The notes: generated by a model not told the origin, from the sequence alone. Shown: positions 1 to 10,847, counted from the first letter of the stretch. The stretch is DNA of 64,000 bases from Mobiluncus curtisii subsp. curtisii ATCC 35241 (GCF_000146285.1 NZ_GL385912.1:1222336-1286335); one strand, 5' to 3'. Numbers and translations: made by a program.

Positions 1-90
1 AAATCAACAGGAATTGTCACCTTCGAGCGTGCTCAAATCCGCGTCACACAATAGCGTGGCGCTCGGGGACAGACTTGGGGGCGCAGTGGC

Positions 91-1500
91 TTAGTAATCG
101 AGCAGACTGGTGACCAAATCCGCGATGGCGCTGCGTTCCGAACGCATCAGGGTGGTGTGCGCGAACAGGGACGAACCTTTCAAATCTTCGATAACTGCCG
201 CGATACCGTCATAGCGTCCTACCCGCAGATTATCGCGCTGTGAAACATCATGAGTCAGCACAATTTTAGCGTTCTGACCCATCCGCGAGAGCACAGTCAG
301 CAACACGTTACGTTCCAGCGACTGCGCTTCGTCCACAATCACGAATGCATCATGCAAGGAACGACCGCGAATGTGGGTCAGCGGCAGCACTTCCAACAGC
401 CCCCGCGCCACCACTTCGTCAACAACCTCGGGAGCCACAATCGAAGACAGGGTGTCGAACACGGCTTGTGCCCACGGATCCATCTTTTCCTCGCCACTAC
501 CGGGCAAGAACCCCAAGCTCTGACCCCCGACCGCGTAAATTGGGCGAAATACGATAATCTTGCGGTGCTCGTGACGCTCCACCACCGCATCCAGCCCCGC
601 CGCTAAAGCCAGCGCTGACTTGCCGGTTCCCGCCCGTCCCCCCAGGGACACAATGCCGATATCGGGGTTAACCAGGTGATCCATTGCGATACGTTGCTCC
701 GCAGAGCGGCCCTTCACGCCAAACAGTTCCCGATCCGTGCGCACCAGGTGTACCTGGTAGTCATTCCAGATGGTTGCCAAGGCAGAACCGCGCGGGGAAC
801 TCAAAATAATTCCGGTATGGATGGGCTGTTCCTCCAGCGTGAGGATTTCAGATTCGGCGACTTCGACACTGCTATCGGGTTCGCACCCCAGGCACTCCGA
901 ATCGTTGCTGGCGGCGAGGTCGTCAGCTTCGTCCCCTGGTTCGTCAGTCAACACAATCGTGTCGAATTCCACCGCGCCGTCTTGATACAGCCGCGACATG
1001 TCCTGTTCGCTCATCTCGCCACGAACGACCCCGCGATAGGTGTCTGCCCGCGACAGCGAGTTACGGTACACATCCGTGTCCAACCCGAGAGAAGACGCTT
1101 TCACCCGCATTGGCAGGTCTTTGGACACGACCGTCACATCCGCCCCAGCTTTTGCCAGGTTGGCGGCGACTGCCAAAATCTTCGTGTCATTGTCGCCCAA
1201 GCGCATCCCGGAGGGGAGCACCGAGTCATCGAGAGAGTTCAGCTCGACCCGCACGGTCCCCCCTTGTGAACCGACCGGAATCGACCGATCCAGCCGACCG
1301 TTCGCAATCCGCAAATCGTCCAGCAAGTGCAGCGCTTTGCGGGCAAAATATCCCAGCTCCGGATCGTGACGCTTTTTCTCTAACTCGGTGATGACCACCA
1401 CCGGCAGCACCACCTGATGTTCAGCAAACTTGAGCAGCGCCTTTGGATCGGACAACAACACGGACGTATCAAGCACATAGGTGCGCGCGGGGGTAGCCAT
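91..1500 (-). CDS. PhoH2-type protein (N-terminal PIN domain fused to PhoH-like ATPase)
   Basis: 469-aa ORF; N-terminal 'YVLDTSVLL' PIN-like start; C-terminal half has Walker A '[12 protein letters not shown]' and PhoH-like region. Confidence 0.8.
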   Translation of the reverse strand: MATPARTYVLDTSVLLSDPKALLKFAEHQVVLPVVVITELEKKRHDPELGYFARKALHLLDDLRIANGRLDRSIPVGSQGGTVRVELNSLDDSVLPSGMRLGDNDTKILAVAANLAKAGADVTVVSKDLPMRVKASSLGLDTDVYRNSLSRADTYRGVVRGEMSEQDMSRLYQDGAVEFDTIVLTDEPGDEADDLAASNDSECLGCEPDSSVEVAESEILTLEEQPIHTGIILSSPRGSALATIWNDYQVHLVRTDRELFGVKGRSAEQRIAMDHLVNPDIGIVSLGGRAGTGKSALALAAGLDAVVERHEHRKIIVFRPIYAVGGQSLGFLPGSGEEKMDPWAQAVFDTLSSIVAPEVVDEVVARGLLEVLPLTHIRGRSLHDAFVIVDEAQSLERNVLLTVLSRMGQNAKIVLTHDVSQRDNLRVGRYDGIAAVIEDLKGSSLFAHTTLMRSERSAIADLVTSLLDY

Positions 1501-1597
1501 ATCTCGACTTTATCAATAGCACGCGGTTCTCGTGTGCAAAAGCAACGTATTTCCGCACTTCCTCCTGTGCAGTTGGTCGGACGGGAGGTAGCGCGAC

Positions 1598-2374
1598 TCA
1601 CTTACCCAAGCGACGTTCCCGATTTCCGTAGTCGCGCAGGGCACGCAGGAAGTCGACCTTGCGGAAGCTCGGCCAGTACGTTTCACAGAAATAAAACTCT
1701 GAATTCGCGCTTTGCCACAGCAAAAATCCGCTGAGTCGCTGCTCTCCCGAAGTACGAATCACCAGGTCAGGATCGGGTTGCCCCTTGGTGTACAGGTGTG
1801 CCTCGATATCCTCCAGTCGGAGTTGGTCCGTTACCTCCGCCAAGGTTTCGCCTTTCTGTGCGGCTTCGGTGAGGTATTCCCGCACGGCATTCACGATTTC
1901 CTGGCGTCCCCCATAGGCAACGGCGATATTGACCACCAGTGCCTGTTCTGGTCCGGTGCCGTCAGCCGCGCGCAAGATATCCGCCAGGTCGGAATCCAAC
2001 AGAGACGTGTCGCCCAGAACCCGCAAATGGTATCGACCCGAGGCTTGCAGACCTTGCACGGTCCGACCGATAACATCTTGCAAGGGCTGCAGCTCCGCGG
2101 CTTTCCGCCCCAGGTTGTCTATCGAAAGCATCCACAAGGTGACGACTTTCACGGGCCATTCCTCGCACCACTGCAACACTTCGGTAATTTTCAAAGCCCC
2201 GCGCTGGTGTCCGCGGGTCGTCGGAGCGCCTTCCGCTTTCGCCCAGCGCCGGTTTCCGTCCAGGATAATGCCGATATGCTGCGGCACCCCTGCCGGGTCA
2301 ATCTCATGAGTCAAACGTCTGGCGTAAATCTGGTAAAGGATTCCGGGCTTTGACTTTTTTACGGAGCTGCTCAC
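1598..2374 (-). CDS. uppS: isoprenyl/undecaprenyl diphosphate synthase (cis-prenyltransferase)
   Basis: 258 aa; 'GIILDGNRRWAK' motif and overall cis-IPPS family resemblance. Confidence 0.8.
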   Translation of the reverse strand: MSSSVKKSKPGILYQIYARRLTHEIDPAGVPQHIGIILDGNRRWAKAEGAPTTRGHQRGALKITEVLQWCEEWPVKVVTLWMLSIDNLGRKAAELQPLQDVIGRTVQGLQASGRYHLRVLGDTSLLDSDLADILRAADGTGPEQALVVNIAVAYGGRQEIVNAVREYLTEAAQKGETLAEVTDQLRLEDIEAHLYTKGQPDPDLVIRTSGEQRLSGFLLWQSANSEFYFCETYWPSFRKVDFLRALRDYGNRERRLGK

Positions 2375-2483
2375 ATAATCAGTTTAAAACATAAAACACT
2401 TAACTTGCCCGTCCTGGAGCGCCGCGGATGGGGTGAGGTGTGCGGGGGGGATTGTTATGGGTAAAAAATCTGGAAGGACGCTA

Positions 2484-3176
2484 ATGCCGCGTCTGGTTAA
2501 TCCTCGCACCGGACGGCCCTACACTTTTCAACGCTGGGACTGGAAAGCGATGCGCCGCAAACCAGCTATGCGCGGCTGGATTCACACTGTCGCCACCCCG
2601 CTGTCCATGACGGCTTCTATCGTGTTGCTGGTTTTGGCGCCGTTATCTCTAAAGTTCGCCTGCGTCGTCTATATGCTAGCTTCCTTGGTGCTGTTCTCGA
2701 TGAGCGCGGTGTACCACATGGGTTCGTGGCCCAAAACGGTGGACGCGATTTTGCGCCGCTTCGATCACGCCAACATTTTCCTGTTGATTGCCGGCACCTA
2801 CACACCTATCTCGTTCGGTCTGCTGGCAGGACACGACAGAGTCATTTTGCTGTCAGTAGTGTGGGTAGGGGCGATTTTGGGGATTACCACCTCCCTGATT
2901 TGGCCTCACGCCCCGCGCTGGGTGACCACGATTCTTTACGTTGTTTTGGGCTGGGTCGCGTTGATGTATTTCCCCGAGCTCTATGCGGCTTCTCTGCCGG
3001 CGTTTTGGCTGTTGGTGGCAGGAGGTTTGGCGTACACCGTCGGAGCAGTGATTTACGCTACCAAGCTGCCGAACCCCAGTCCCAATATTTTCGGTTTTCA
3101 CGAGTTTTTCCACGCCTGGACAGTCGCGGCTTGGGCGTGCCACTGCGTCGCGGCGTATTTCGCGATACTCGGTTAG
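2484..3176 (+). CDS. hemolysin III / PAQR family membrane protein
   Basis: 7 predicted TM helices; HlyIII-like conserved His/Asp positions; start chosen at ATG 2484 after GGAAGGA RBS (ORF opens at 2433). Confidence 0.7.
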   Translation: MPRLVNPRTGRPYTFQRWDWKAMRRKPAMRGWIHTVATPLSMTASIVLLVLAPLSLKFACVVYMLASLVLFSMSAVYHMGSWPKTVDAILRRFDHANIFLLIAGTYTPISFGLLAGHDRVILLSVVWVGAILGITTSLIWPHAPRWVTTILYVVLGWVALMYFPELYAASLPAFWLLVAGGLAYTVGAVIYATKLPNPSPNIFGFHEFFHAWTVAAWACHCVAAYFAILG

Positions 3177-3370
3177 GGTTTCACAAGGTCGGTGGTTCGG
3201 GTTTCCTCACAGCAGCGGACTTTTGCCGGGTTGATTCGTTTTTTCTAGCGTTTTACTTGGTTTTATTATCTGGTAGAGTGATGAGCGCTTGCGTTGCGGC
3301 TGATTTCTAAACTAGCTTGCTTTCTTGCCTGACGCAGGCGCTAATCTTTTAATCTTTCAAGGAGACGATT

Positions 3371-3856
3371 ATGGCTGAAGAAGCGAAGAAAAACTGGATG
3401 ACCCAGGCGTCTTTTGACCGTCTACAAGCGGAACTCGACGAACGCACGGGTCCGATTCGCTCTGAAATCACCAAGAAAATTGACGCGGCCCGCCGCGAAG
3501 GTGACCTGAAAGAAAACGGTGGCTATCACGCGGCTCGTGACGAACAATCTCAAAACGAAACCCGCATCCTGGAGCTGCAGGAAATCTTGAAATACGCCGA
3601 GGTAGGCGAAGCCGCCACGGACGGCACCATCGGACCGGGTAGCGTGGTAGAGGCAAAAGTCGGACCGAAAAAGATGACTTTCCTGCTGGGGTCACGCGAT
3701 GCCGCCAAGGGAATGGACATTCAAGTGTTTTCCCCCGACGCCCCCCTCGGGGTGGCGTTGGCTGGTCATCGGACCGGCGACACCGTGGAATACGTGGCGC
3801 CGACAGGCAAGAAAATCAAGGTTGAGGTGCTGGACACGCATCCCTATCAGGGCTGA
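3371..3856 (+). CDS. greA: transcription elongation factor GreA
   Basis: 161 aa; N-terminal coiled coil 'SFDRLQAELDER', GreA/GreB C-terminal FKBP-like domain; RBS AAGGAGA upstream. Confidence 0.9.
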   Translation: MAEEAKKNWMTQASFDRLQAELDERTGPIRSEITKKIDAARREGDLKENGGYHAARDEQSQNETRILELQEILKYAEVGEAATDGTIGPGSVVEAKVGPKKMTFLLGSRDAAKGMDIQVFSPDAPLGVALAGHRTGDTVEYVAPTGKKIKVEVLDTHPYQG

Positions 3857-4944
3857 GATTTTCCTTTCTTTTCCGCGCGTTTGGTGCCAGAAACCGCCCA
3901 GGATTTAGACCAGGTGGCAAGTTTGGCGTCAAGTGGCGCGGTGAGACGCGCCATCACCCACGCCAGACCCACCGTCGCCGCGAAGCACGCCAGGGCGTAA
4001 ACGTAGGGGGCGGCATCAGCCATGCCGAGTTCCTGCAGCGTCAGCATCGGCAAACGCTGCAGCACGTAAACCCAGAACAGGTGTTTACCAAACCAGTACA
4101 GCACCGGGTTGCCCAGGTGTACGTACAGTGTGAGTTGTACGATTATCAGGCAGAACAGCATAGCTTCAAGCTCAAACACCAGGAAGCTCACGTGGTCGAG
4201 CTTAACGGCGAGGACAAAGAGCGCCGCCGTGATGAGTAGCGCAGAGACGTAACCCCAGGTGCAGCGGTAGACACGCTCGAAGTGCTCGCGGGCCAGGCAG
4301 TAACACATGCCCAACAGGTAACAGCACAACGTGTTGTAGGTGTAGGTGGCGCTGCCTTTGAAGTGCCACATGAAAAGCGTGAAGCCCCCCACCAGTACAC
4401 AGTTCAGCAGGAAAGCCCGCCACGGACGGTTTCGGAAAATGCTAAACGCCAGCCAAGTCAGGGCATAGAGCACCAGAATCGCAAAGATGTACCAGCTGGA
4501 AGAACCGATGGACTTCCAGCCAAGGAACGCCCAGGCGGTCTGTGCCGGGGTGAAGGGGCGGGACAGCGACAGGTTCATGATGATGAACAAGACCTGGGCA
4601 ACGGCGAAGTTCACCCAAGTCACCGCTACGCGCTTCAGCGGCATGGTGTGGACATAGCCGGGTTTGTGCGCCAGTGAATGCGCCACTCCGAAACCGGAAT
4701 AGAACAGGAACAGCGCTACCATCAGCTGACCGAGTCCGGTCGCGACGTGGTGCATCACCCCGTCCCACGCCGGGTTATAGGGCATGTAGGAACGGATGTG
4801 AGCATAGAACACAATCAGGATAAAGACACCGTTAATGCGGGTGGTGTGATCGTGGTCCAGGTATCCCTCGAAATTGTCAGCGCGCCGATGCAGCCTGGCG
4901 CCCCACAGCACCAGAACGATAATGAAGAGCAGAAACAGGTTCAT
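3847..4944 (-). CDS. acyltransferase-3 family integral membrane protein
   Basis: about 10 TM segments, 'FFYSGFG'-like acyltransferase-3 pattern; ATG at 4944 overlaps xseB stop as ATGA (ORF opens at 5028). Confidence 0.55.
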   Translation of the reverse strand: MNLFLLFIIVLVLWGARLHRRADNFEGYLDHDHTTRINGVFILIVFYAHIRSYMPYNPAWDGVMHHVATGLGQLMVALFLFYSGFGVAHSLAHKPGYVHTMPLKRVAVTWVNFAVAQVLFIIMNLSLSRPFTPAQTAWAFLGWKSIGSSSWYIFAILVLYALTWLAFSIFRNRPWRAFLLNCVLVGGFTLFMWHFKGSATYTYNTLCCYLLGMCYCLAREHFERVYRCTWGYVSALLITAALFVLAVKLDHVSFLVFELEAMLFCLIIVQLTLYVHLGNPVLYWFGKHLFWVYVLQRLPMLTLQELGMADAAPYVYALACFAATVGLAWVMARLTAPLDAKLATWSKSWAVSGTKRAEKKGKSQP

Positions 4945-5201
4945 TGTGCTTGACGTTCGGCGAGTCGCGCTGTGGCAGAGTCGAGGATAGCCTGGCAGCG
5001 CGAGGCTAGCGCTTCTCCGCGATCCCACAATTTCAGGGTGTCTTCCAAGGGCGCTTCGGCGTTTTCCAGGACCTGCACGGTTTCGATGAGTTCGGCGCGC
5101 GCCGCCTCATAGCTCATCTCCGTGACATCCTCGTTTCCTGATACTCCCGTTCCCGCTTCATCAGCTGGGTTTGCGGTTTGTTGAGGATTACTTTCGCTCA
5201 T
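4941..5201 (-). CDS. xseB: exodeoxyribonuclease VII small subunit
   Basis: 86 aa, 'YEAARAELIETVQVLE...LEDTLKLWDRGEAL' XseB family. Confidence 0.85.
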   Translation of the reverse strand: MSESNPQQTANPADEAGTGVSGNEDVTEMSYEAARAELIETVQVLENAEAPLEDTLKLWDRGEALASRCQAILDSATARLAERQAQ

Positions 5202-5207
5202 GATTCT

Positions 5208-6470
5208 TTACCTTTCATCTCTGTGCGGATTGGTGCCAAAAACCGTGGCGACCAAGGAGCCACGCGCCAACACCGCCTCCAGGAGGTCACCCTTCTGAAC
5301 TGCACCAGCATCGGTCACGACGGTTTGATCGGGTTTACGCAACACGGCATAGCCGCGTTCCAAAGTGGCTTGAGGCGAGATGGCTCGCAGGGTGGCGCGA
5401 GCCGCTGCCAAGTCACGTGCCTGATTAGCCAGGACCGCCGCCACTCGCGACCGCAGCATTTCCACGCCATGATTGATATCGCGGCGTCTTTCGTCCAACG
5501 CTGCCTGCGGATTTTGCATGACCGGTCGGGAGCGAATCGCGTCAAGTTCGCGTAACCCCAGCTCAATACGGCTGGAAATGAGTGCCGTCATCCGGGTGCG
5601 CGCACCGGTCAACCCCTCAATTTCAGCAGCCAAATCCGGGACAATCCGCTTTCCCGCATCGGTGGGGGTAGAAGCGCGGAAGTCAGCTACAAAATCCAGC
5701 AGCGGGGTGTCTTCCTCATGTCCCACTGCGGAAACAATGGGGGTACGCGCGGCGTACGCCGCGCGTACCACGCGCTCGTCAGAGAATCCCAGCAGGTCCT
5801 CCAGCGCCCCGCCCCCGCGCGTCACGACAATTACGTCAACCTCGGCAAGGGCATCAAGCTCCGCGATAGCCGCGCTGACTTCCGCTGCGCAGCGTTCCCC
5901 CTGCACCGCAACCTCGCGAATCTCGAACTGTACCAGAGGCCAGCGTCGCGTCGCGTTTTCAATCACATCTGCCTGTGCCCGCGCTGCATGACCGCAGATA
6001 AGCCCTACCCGTCGCGGGAGGAACGGCAGGGACTGCTTGTGTTCCCGCGCAAAAATTCCCTCCGCAGCAAGCTTTTGTTTCAGCTGTTCCAGCTGTTCCA
6101 GGAAACCACCCAAACCCGCCGGGTGAATCTCGGACGCCATCAGGGACAGCGACCCGGTCTTGAGGTAAAAATCGGGCTTGACCCGCATGACCACGCGCGC
6201 CCCCGCACTCAACGCCGCTCCGGCGGCAGCCACCACCCCGCCAAATGCCTTGACCGGCATAGACATATCGGCTTCCAGATCCTTTACCACGAAAAAGGAC
6301 ATGCGGTTACCGGGGCGCTGGTTGTATTCGATGATTTGCGCTTCTATCCAGGTCGGATCGACCCGGTTAACGTAATTTCGCATGTTTTCGCTCAGACGAC
6401 TGAGTGGCCAGGGGTTTTCCCGGGTCGTCTCGCGCGCCAGTCGCGCCGGTTCTGGTTTTGTCACTTCCAT
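5208..6470 (-). CDS. xseA: exodeoxyribonuclease VII large subunit
   Basis: N-terminal OB-fold 'PWPLSRLSENMRNYV...', XseA family; start at internal ATG 6470 with GGAG RBS (ORF opens at 6611). Confidence 0.85.
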   Translation of the reverse strand: MEVTKPEPARLARETTRENPWPLSRLSENMRNYVNRVDPTWIEAQIIEYNQRPGNRMSFFVVKDLEADMSMPVKAFGGVVAAAGAALSAGARVVMRVKPDFYLKTGSLSLMASEIHPAGLGGFLEQLEQLKQKLAAEGIFAREHKQSLPFLPRRVGLICGHAARAQADVIENATRRWPLVQFEIREVAVQGERCAAEVSAAIAELDALAEVDVIVVTRGGGALEDLLGFSDERVVRAAYAARTPIVSAVGHEEDTPLLDFVADFRASTPTDAGKRIVPDLAAEIEGLTGARTRMTALISSRIELGLRELDAIRSRPVMQNPQAALDERRRDINHGVEMLRSRVAAVLANQARDLAAARATLRAISPQATLERGYAVLRKPDQTVVTDAGAVQKGDLLEAVLARGSLVATVFGTNPHRDER

Positions 6471-6653
6471 GACTCCATCATGGCACAGACCCCGGAGATG
6501 AAAATTTCCAAGTTTTGCCCTGGCACGCAAACCGCTAAACTCAAGGCAGCTGCGCACCCACCCGAAACGGTTCGTCACCCGAGACGCCGCGAGGGGCAGC
6601 TGGTGCGCCACGGAGAAACCCTCCCGAGGACCCTAGTGCGAAAGTGAAGACAG

Positions 6654-7658
6654 ATGGGGAAAGTTTTGCTGGCGTCGCCACGCGGCTACTGCGCCGGGGT
6701 CGATCGCGCCGTTACGGCGGTGCAACGCGCCCTGGAAGTTTATGGTCAACCCATCTACGTGCGCAAAGAAATCGTGCACAATAAATTTGTGGTGCGCACC
6801 CTAGCGGCTGCCGGCGCGATTTTTGTTAATGAATTATCTGAGGTTCCCTCCGGTTCGCGAGTAGTATTTTCCGCGCACGGCGTTGCTCCGAGCGTCTACG
6901 CCGAAGCTGAACAGCGCGGTCTGGAAGTTATCGATGCCACCTGTCCACTGGTCTCGAAGGTGCATCGAGAGGCGCGACGTTATGCCAACGAAGGCTACGA
7001 CATTATTTTGATTGGTCACACCGGTCATGAGGAAGTGGAAGGAACCTCGGGAGTAGCCCCCGAGAAGATTCACGTGATTGACACTGATTGGATTGATACC
7101 TCGGAGTCTGCCACAACGGGCACAGAATCCGCAGACGCCACCGGCACACCCCCTGCGGATCCCCTGGCAGGTCTCAGCACCGACCCAGATGCCAAGCTAA
7201 TCTGGCTGTCCCAAACGACTTTGTCGGTAGATCAGACGGCTGCCACCGTAGCGCGTCTCCAGCGGCGATTTCCCGGTTTAATTAGCCCGCCGTCTGACGA
7301 TATTTGCTTTGCCACCCAGAACCGACAGGGCGCAGTTAAGGCTATGGCGCAACAATGTGAAGTTGTCATAGTTGTCGGTTCGTCGAATTCTTCCAACTCG
7401 GTGCGACTGCGGGAAGTCGCCGTCCAGGCCGGAGCCGGAGCGGCATACCGGATTGAAGGCGTCCACGAGCTGAACCCCGACTGGTTTACCGGAGCTAGCA
7501 CCATCGGGGTGACTTCGGGAGCTTCGGTACCGGAAGTCCTGGTGACCGAGGTGTTGGAATGGCTGGCGCAACATGGTTTCGATGAGGTGCAGATGGTGCA
7601 AACTACGCAGGAAACAACCTCGTTTGCCTTACCGAAGCCCCTGCGCAAGCAAAGCTAG
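6654..7658 (+). CDS. ispH: 4-hydroxy-3-methylbut-2-enyl diphosphate reductase
   Basis: '[13 protein letters not shown]', conserved Cys ligands, LytB family; 334 aa. Confidence 0.9.
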   Translation: MGKVLLASPRGYCAGVDRAVTAVQRALEVYGQPIYVRKEIVHNKFVVRTLAAAGAIFVNELSEVPSGSRVVFSAHGVAPSVYAEAEQRGLEVIDATCPLVSKVHREARRYANEGYDIILIGHTGHEEVEGTSGVAPEKIHVIDTDWIDTSESATTGTESADATGTPPADPLAGLSTDPDAKLIWLSQTTLSVDQTAATVARLQRRFPGLISPPSDDICFATQNRQGAVKAMAQQCEVVIVVGSSNSSNSVRLREVAVQAGAGAAYRIEGVHELNPDWFTGASTIGVTSGASVPEVLVTEVLEWLAQHGFDEVQMVQTTQETTSFALPKPLRKQS

Positions 7659-7980
7659 GCGGGCACTGGCGGTGCCAGCATACCCGCGAGGTCTGGCGGC
7701 GTTCGGGGATGTCTCCGCCACCACCCTCGCGTAAAACCGGCTTGTATTGCACGAATGACCGATTTCACTTTGCACAATGCCGTCTCTACGCAACTCGAAT
7801 CGCTATAACCTGCAGGTTTAGAAAACCGGGACTCAATGATGGTCTAGATTCCGGGTTGAAATCGGTCGTTAGTGCAACTATTCCGAAAAACGACAGAAGT
7901 TTTCACACCTAAACATGGCAGAAAATCCGGAGCATAGACACCGGATTTCAAGCTCGAGAATCAGAGACTACTCGCTGGGT

Positions 7981-8063
7981 GGTGAATATAAGGTGGGATT
8001 TGGGCAGTAGCTGCCATTATTGGCAGCTACAGCCCTATTTCCACTCTTAATCCACGCACGCCC
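7981..8063. repeat. palindromic intergenic repeat element, degenerate copy (copy A)
   Basis: 'gggcagtagctgccattattggcagctacagccctatttccac' plus flanks shared with the element at 12389-12472. Confidence 0.6.
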
Positions 8064-8164
8064 TGAGACCTAGCGGATTTCACGTCCGAACAGCGCTGAA
8101 ATCTGGTTATACACACAGGAATTCGAGCGAGCTGTGAGCGGAGTGTACCCCTGCGGGACGTGAT

Positions 8165-8395
8165 AGTGTCCGCGGGAAGTTAGGCGGGCGGGGCGGAGGG
8201 CGTTGGGGGCGACTCAGCGAGAGGCTGGGGGGTGAGCGTTTTGCGACAATAGTCGCGCAAAACGCGAGGGGGTACTCCCCCTTCCGCCTCTCGCGAGCGC
8301 CCCCCGAGCGACCACCCCGCAGATGTGAGCCGAGACAGGCGAGCGGGACGCAAGGAAACGCCCCCGAGCGAACGCCCCACAGAACGAAAACACGC
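8165..8395. other. GC-rich structured intergenic segment (candidate ncRNA/attenuator)
   Basis: G-tract block 'gggcggggcggagggcgttggggg', nested perfect hairpins 'gcgttttgcgac..gtcgcgcaaaacgc' and 'aggggg tact ccccct', then C-tract direct repeats 'cccgagcga(a/c)c(a/g)cccc(a/g)cag'. Confidence 0.3.
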
Positions 8396-8504
8396 AATAA
8401 AACCTATTTAAGTGCCAAATATGGCACACCGAGCCAAATTAATAGGATTAACGCCCGGGTTTAACCGGTTTAGGACCGGTCGGAAAACCCACTAAGATTG
8501 AAGC

Positions 8505-9590
8505 ATGGCTTTAACTATCGGTATCGCGGGACTCCCCAATGTCGGCAAATCCACTATTTTTAATGCCCTCACCAGGGCGAACGTCCTAGCAGCGAATTAC
8601 CCGTTCGCCACTATTGATCCCAACGTCGGGGTGGTGCCGCTCCCCGACCCACGGTTGCAAGTCCTGTCTGACATGTTCCAGTCGGAAAAAATTGTGCCTG
8701 CCACCGTGTCTTTCGTGGACATCGCCGGTATCGTCAAGGGCGCTTCTCAGGGTGAAGGCTTGGGTAACAAGTTCCTGGCGAACATCCGCGAAGCAGACGC
8801 GATTTGCCAGGTCACTCGCGCTTTTACCGATCCTGACGTGGTTCACGTGGAGGGAAAAATTGACCCCGCCTCCGACATTGAAACCATTTCTACCGAGCTA
8901 ATTCTGGCCGACTTGCAGACTCTCGAGAACACGATTCCTCGCCTGCGCAAAGAAGTCAGCGGCAAAAAAACCCCGAAAGAAGTGCTGGCGGAGGCGGAAA
9001 AATGTGAGGAATACCTCAACGCCGGCACGGTTCTCTCCAAGGAAATCGCAGTGGGAAACCTGGACCGAGATATCGTCAAGACTTTCCAACTGATGACCTC
9101 GAAGCCTTTCATTTACGTATTCAACATGGACGCAGCCGGTCTGGCAGACAAAGCAAAACAGGCGGAACTCGCTGCCCTGGTCGCTCCTGCCGAAGCCATT
9201 TTACTCGACGGCGCCTTCGAAGCGGAACTGGTAGAACTCGATGCCGAGGACGCTCAAGAGATGCTGGCAGACGCCGGGATTAAGGAATCCGGTCTGGACA
9301 AATTGGCGCGCGTTGGCTTTAACACGCTGGGGCTGCAAACGTTCCTGACCGCTGGAGAAAAAGAATCCCGCGCTTGGACCATTCATCAGGGCGACACCGC
9401 CCCGCAGGCTGCCGGCGTGATTCACACCGACTTTGAACGTGGCTTCATCAAGGCTGATGTCATTTCATACGACGAGTTGGTGGAAATCGGCGACATTCAT
9501 AAGGCTCGCGAATTGGGCAAAGTCCGCCAGGAGGGCAAGGAATACGTGATGCAAGACGGCGACGTGGTCGAGTTCAAGTTCAACGTCTAA
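8505..9590 (+). CDS. ychF: redox-regulated ATPase YchF (Obg-family GTPase)
   Basis: 'GIAGLPNVGKSTIFNALT' G1 motif, TGS domain C-terminus; 361 aa. Confidence 0.9.
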   Translation: MALTIGIAGLPNVGKSTIFNALTRANVLAANYPFATIDPNVGVVPLPDPRLQVLSDMFQSEKIVPATVSFVDIAGIVKGASQGEGLGNKFLANIREADAICQVTRAFTDPDVVHVEGKIDPASDIETISTELILADLQTLENTIPRLRKEVSGKKTPKEVLAEAEKCEEYLNAGTVLSKEIAVGNLDRDIVKTFQLMTSKPFIYVFNMDAAGLADKAKQAELAALVAPAEAILLDGAFEAELVELDAEDAQEMLADAGIKESGLDKLARVGFNTLGLQTFLTAGEKESRAWTIHQGDTAPQAAGVIHTDFERGFIKADVISYDELVEIGDIHKARELGKVRQEGKEYVMQDGDVVEFKFNV

Positions 9591-9633
9591 CCGCGGCGCG
9601 AGCTTAGCACTCTCGAGCCTAGTCCCCGCTAGC

Positions 9634-10782
9634 TTAATCCTCGATAACGATGGCGTGGGCAGTCTCCCGGTCAATGCGACCGAAGTTATAGAACGCGGCA
9701 CAGGCTCCTTCGGGGGAAACCATGCAGGTCCCGATGGGTTTTTCCGGCGAGCAGGCAGTGCCGAATACTTTGCATTCCCACGGTTTAATCCGTCCGGTCA
9801 ACACGGAACCGCATTCACAAGCCGGCGGATCGGGAATCCGCTTGCCGGGAACATCAAATAACCGCTCGGCGTCCCAGGCGGCAAATTCCTCAGAAATCCC
9901 CATACCGGAATACGGCATCCACCCCAAGCCACGCCACTCGAACGTGTCGCGGGTCGCAAACACGCGATTCAGCAATCGCAATGCCGCGGGATTACCACCA
10001 TCACGCACGACCCGGGAATACTGGTTTTCTACTCGAGCCTCGCCGCGCGCTATTGCCCCACTCGTGTACTGGTCGATGAGCATCGCCACGGCCTGCAATA
10101 TATCCAGCGGCTCGAAACCGGTCACGACCACGGGTTTGTTGAATTCCTCGGGCAGGAATTTGAATGCGTCGGCTCCCACTACGGTACCGACGTGACCCGG
10201 TCCGATAAACCCGTCTATCCGCGTCTCATCGGCGCCCACAATGGCACGCAGGGGTGGCTCGATTTTGACGTGGTTAGAAAACACCGAAAAGTTCCGCACC
10301 TGCTGTTTCTGTGCTGCCACCAGGGTCACAGCGGTGGAAGGCGCGGTAGTTTCAAACCCGATAGCAAAGAAAACGACCTGTTTATCCGGGTTTTCTTTGG
10401 CAATCTTGAGGGAATCCAACGGGGAATACACGAACCGCACATCGCAACCGCGAGCGCGCGCCTGCAACAGCGACTCTTGTGAACCCGGAACCCGCATCAT
10501 GTCCCCAAAAGTAGTCAAAATCACGTCCGGCTGATTCGCCAGCCACAGCGCATCATCCACCCGCCCCATCGGAATAACGCACACCGGGCAGCCAGGACCG
10601 TGAATAAACTGAACGTTCTCCGGCAGCAAATGCTCCAAACCGTGCCGGTAAATCGTGTGGGTGTGACCTCCGCAAATCTCCATAAACGCCAGTGGTCGTT
10701 CAAAATGGGCGGCCTCGGCATTGATGCGCTGCACCAGTTTCCGGGCAAACTCGGGGTCGCGAAATTCGTCAACGTACTTCAT
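9634..10782 (-). CDS. hypD: hydrogenase maturation factor HypD
   Basis: 'MEICGGHTHTI', 'GPGCPVCV', C-terminal Cys cluster; 382 aa. Confidence 0.9.
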   Translation of the reverse strand: MKYVDEFRDPEFARKLVQRINAEAAHFERPLAFMEICGGHTHTIYRHGLEHLLPENVQFIHGPGCPVCVIPMGRVDDALWLANQPDVILTTFGDMMRVPGSQESLLQARARGCDVRFVYSPLDSLKIAKENPDKQVVFFAIGFETTAPSTAVTLVAAQKQQVRNFSVFSNHVKIEPPLRAIVGADETRIDGFIGPGHVGTVVGADAFKFLPEEFNKPVVVTGFEPLDILQAVAMLIDQYTSGAIARGEARVENQYSRVVRDGGNPAALRLLNRVFATRDTFEWRGLGWMPYSGMGISEEFAAWDAERLFDVPGKRIPDPPACECGSVLTGRIKPWECKVFGTACSPEKPIGTCMVSPEGACAAFYNFGRIDRETAHAIVIED

Positions 10783-10847
10783 TTCGTGATTGCTCTTTCC
10801 TAGACAGATTCCTCGACAAACTTCCGCGCTAACGCCAGAAGGGTGCC

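Noticed and set aside
5718-6647. 309-aa plus-strand ORF opposite xseA
   Set aside because: antisense artefact; xseA frame is conserved and translationally coupled to xseB
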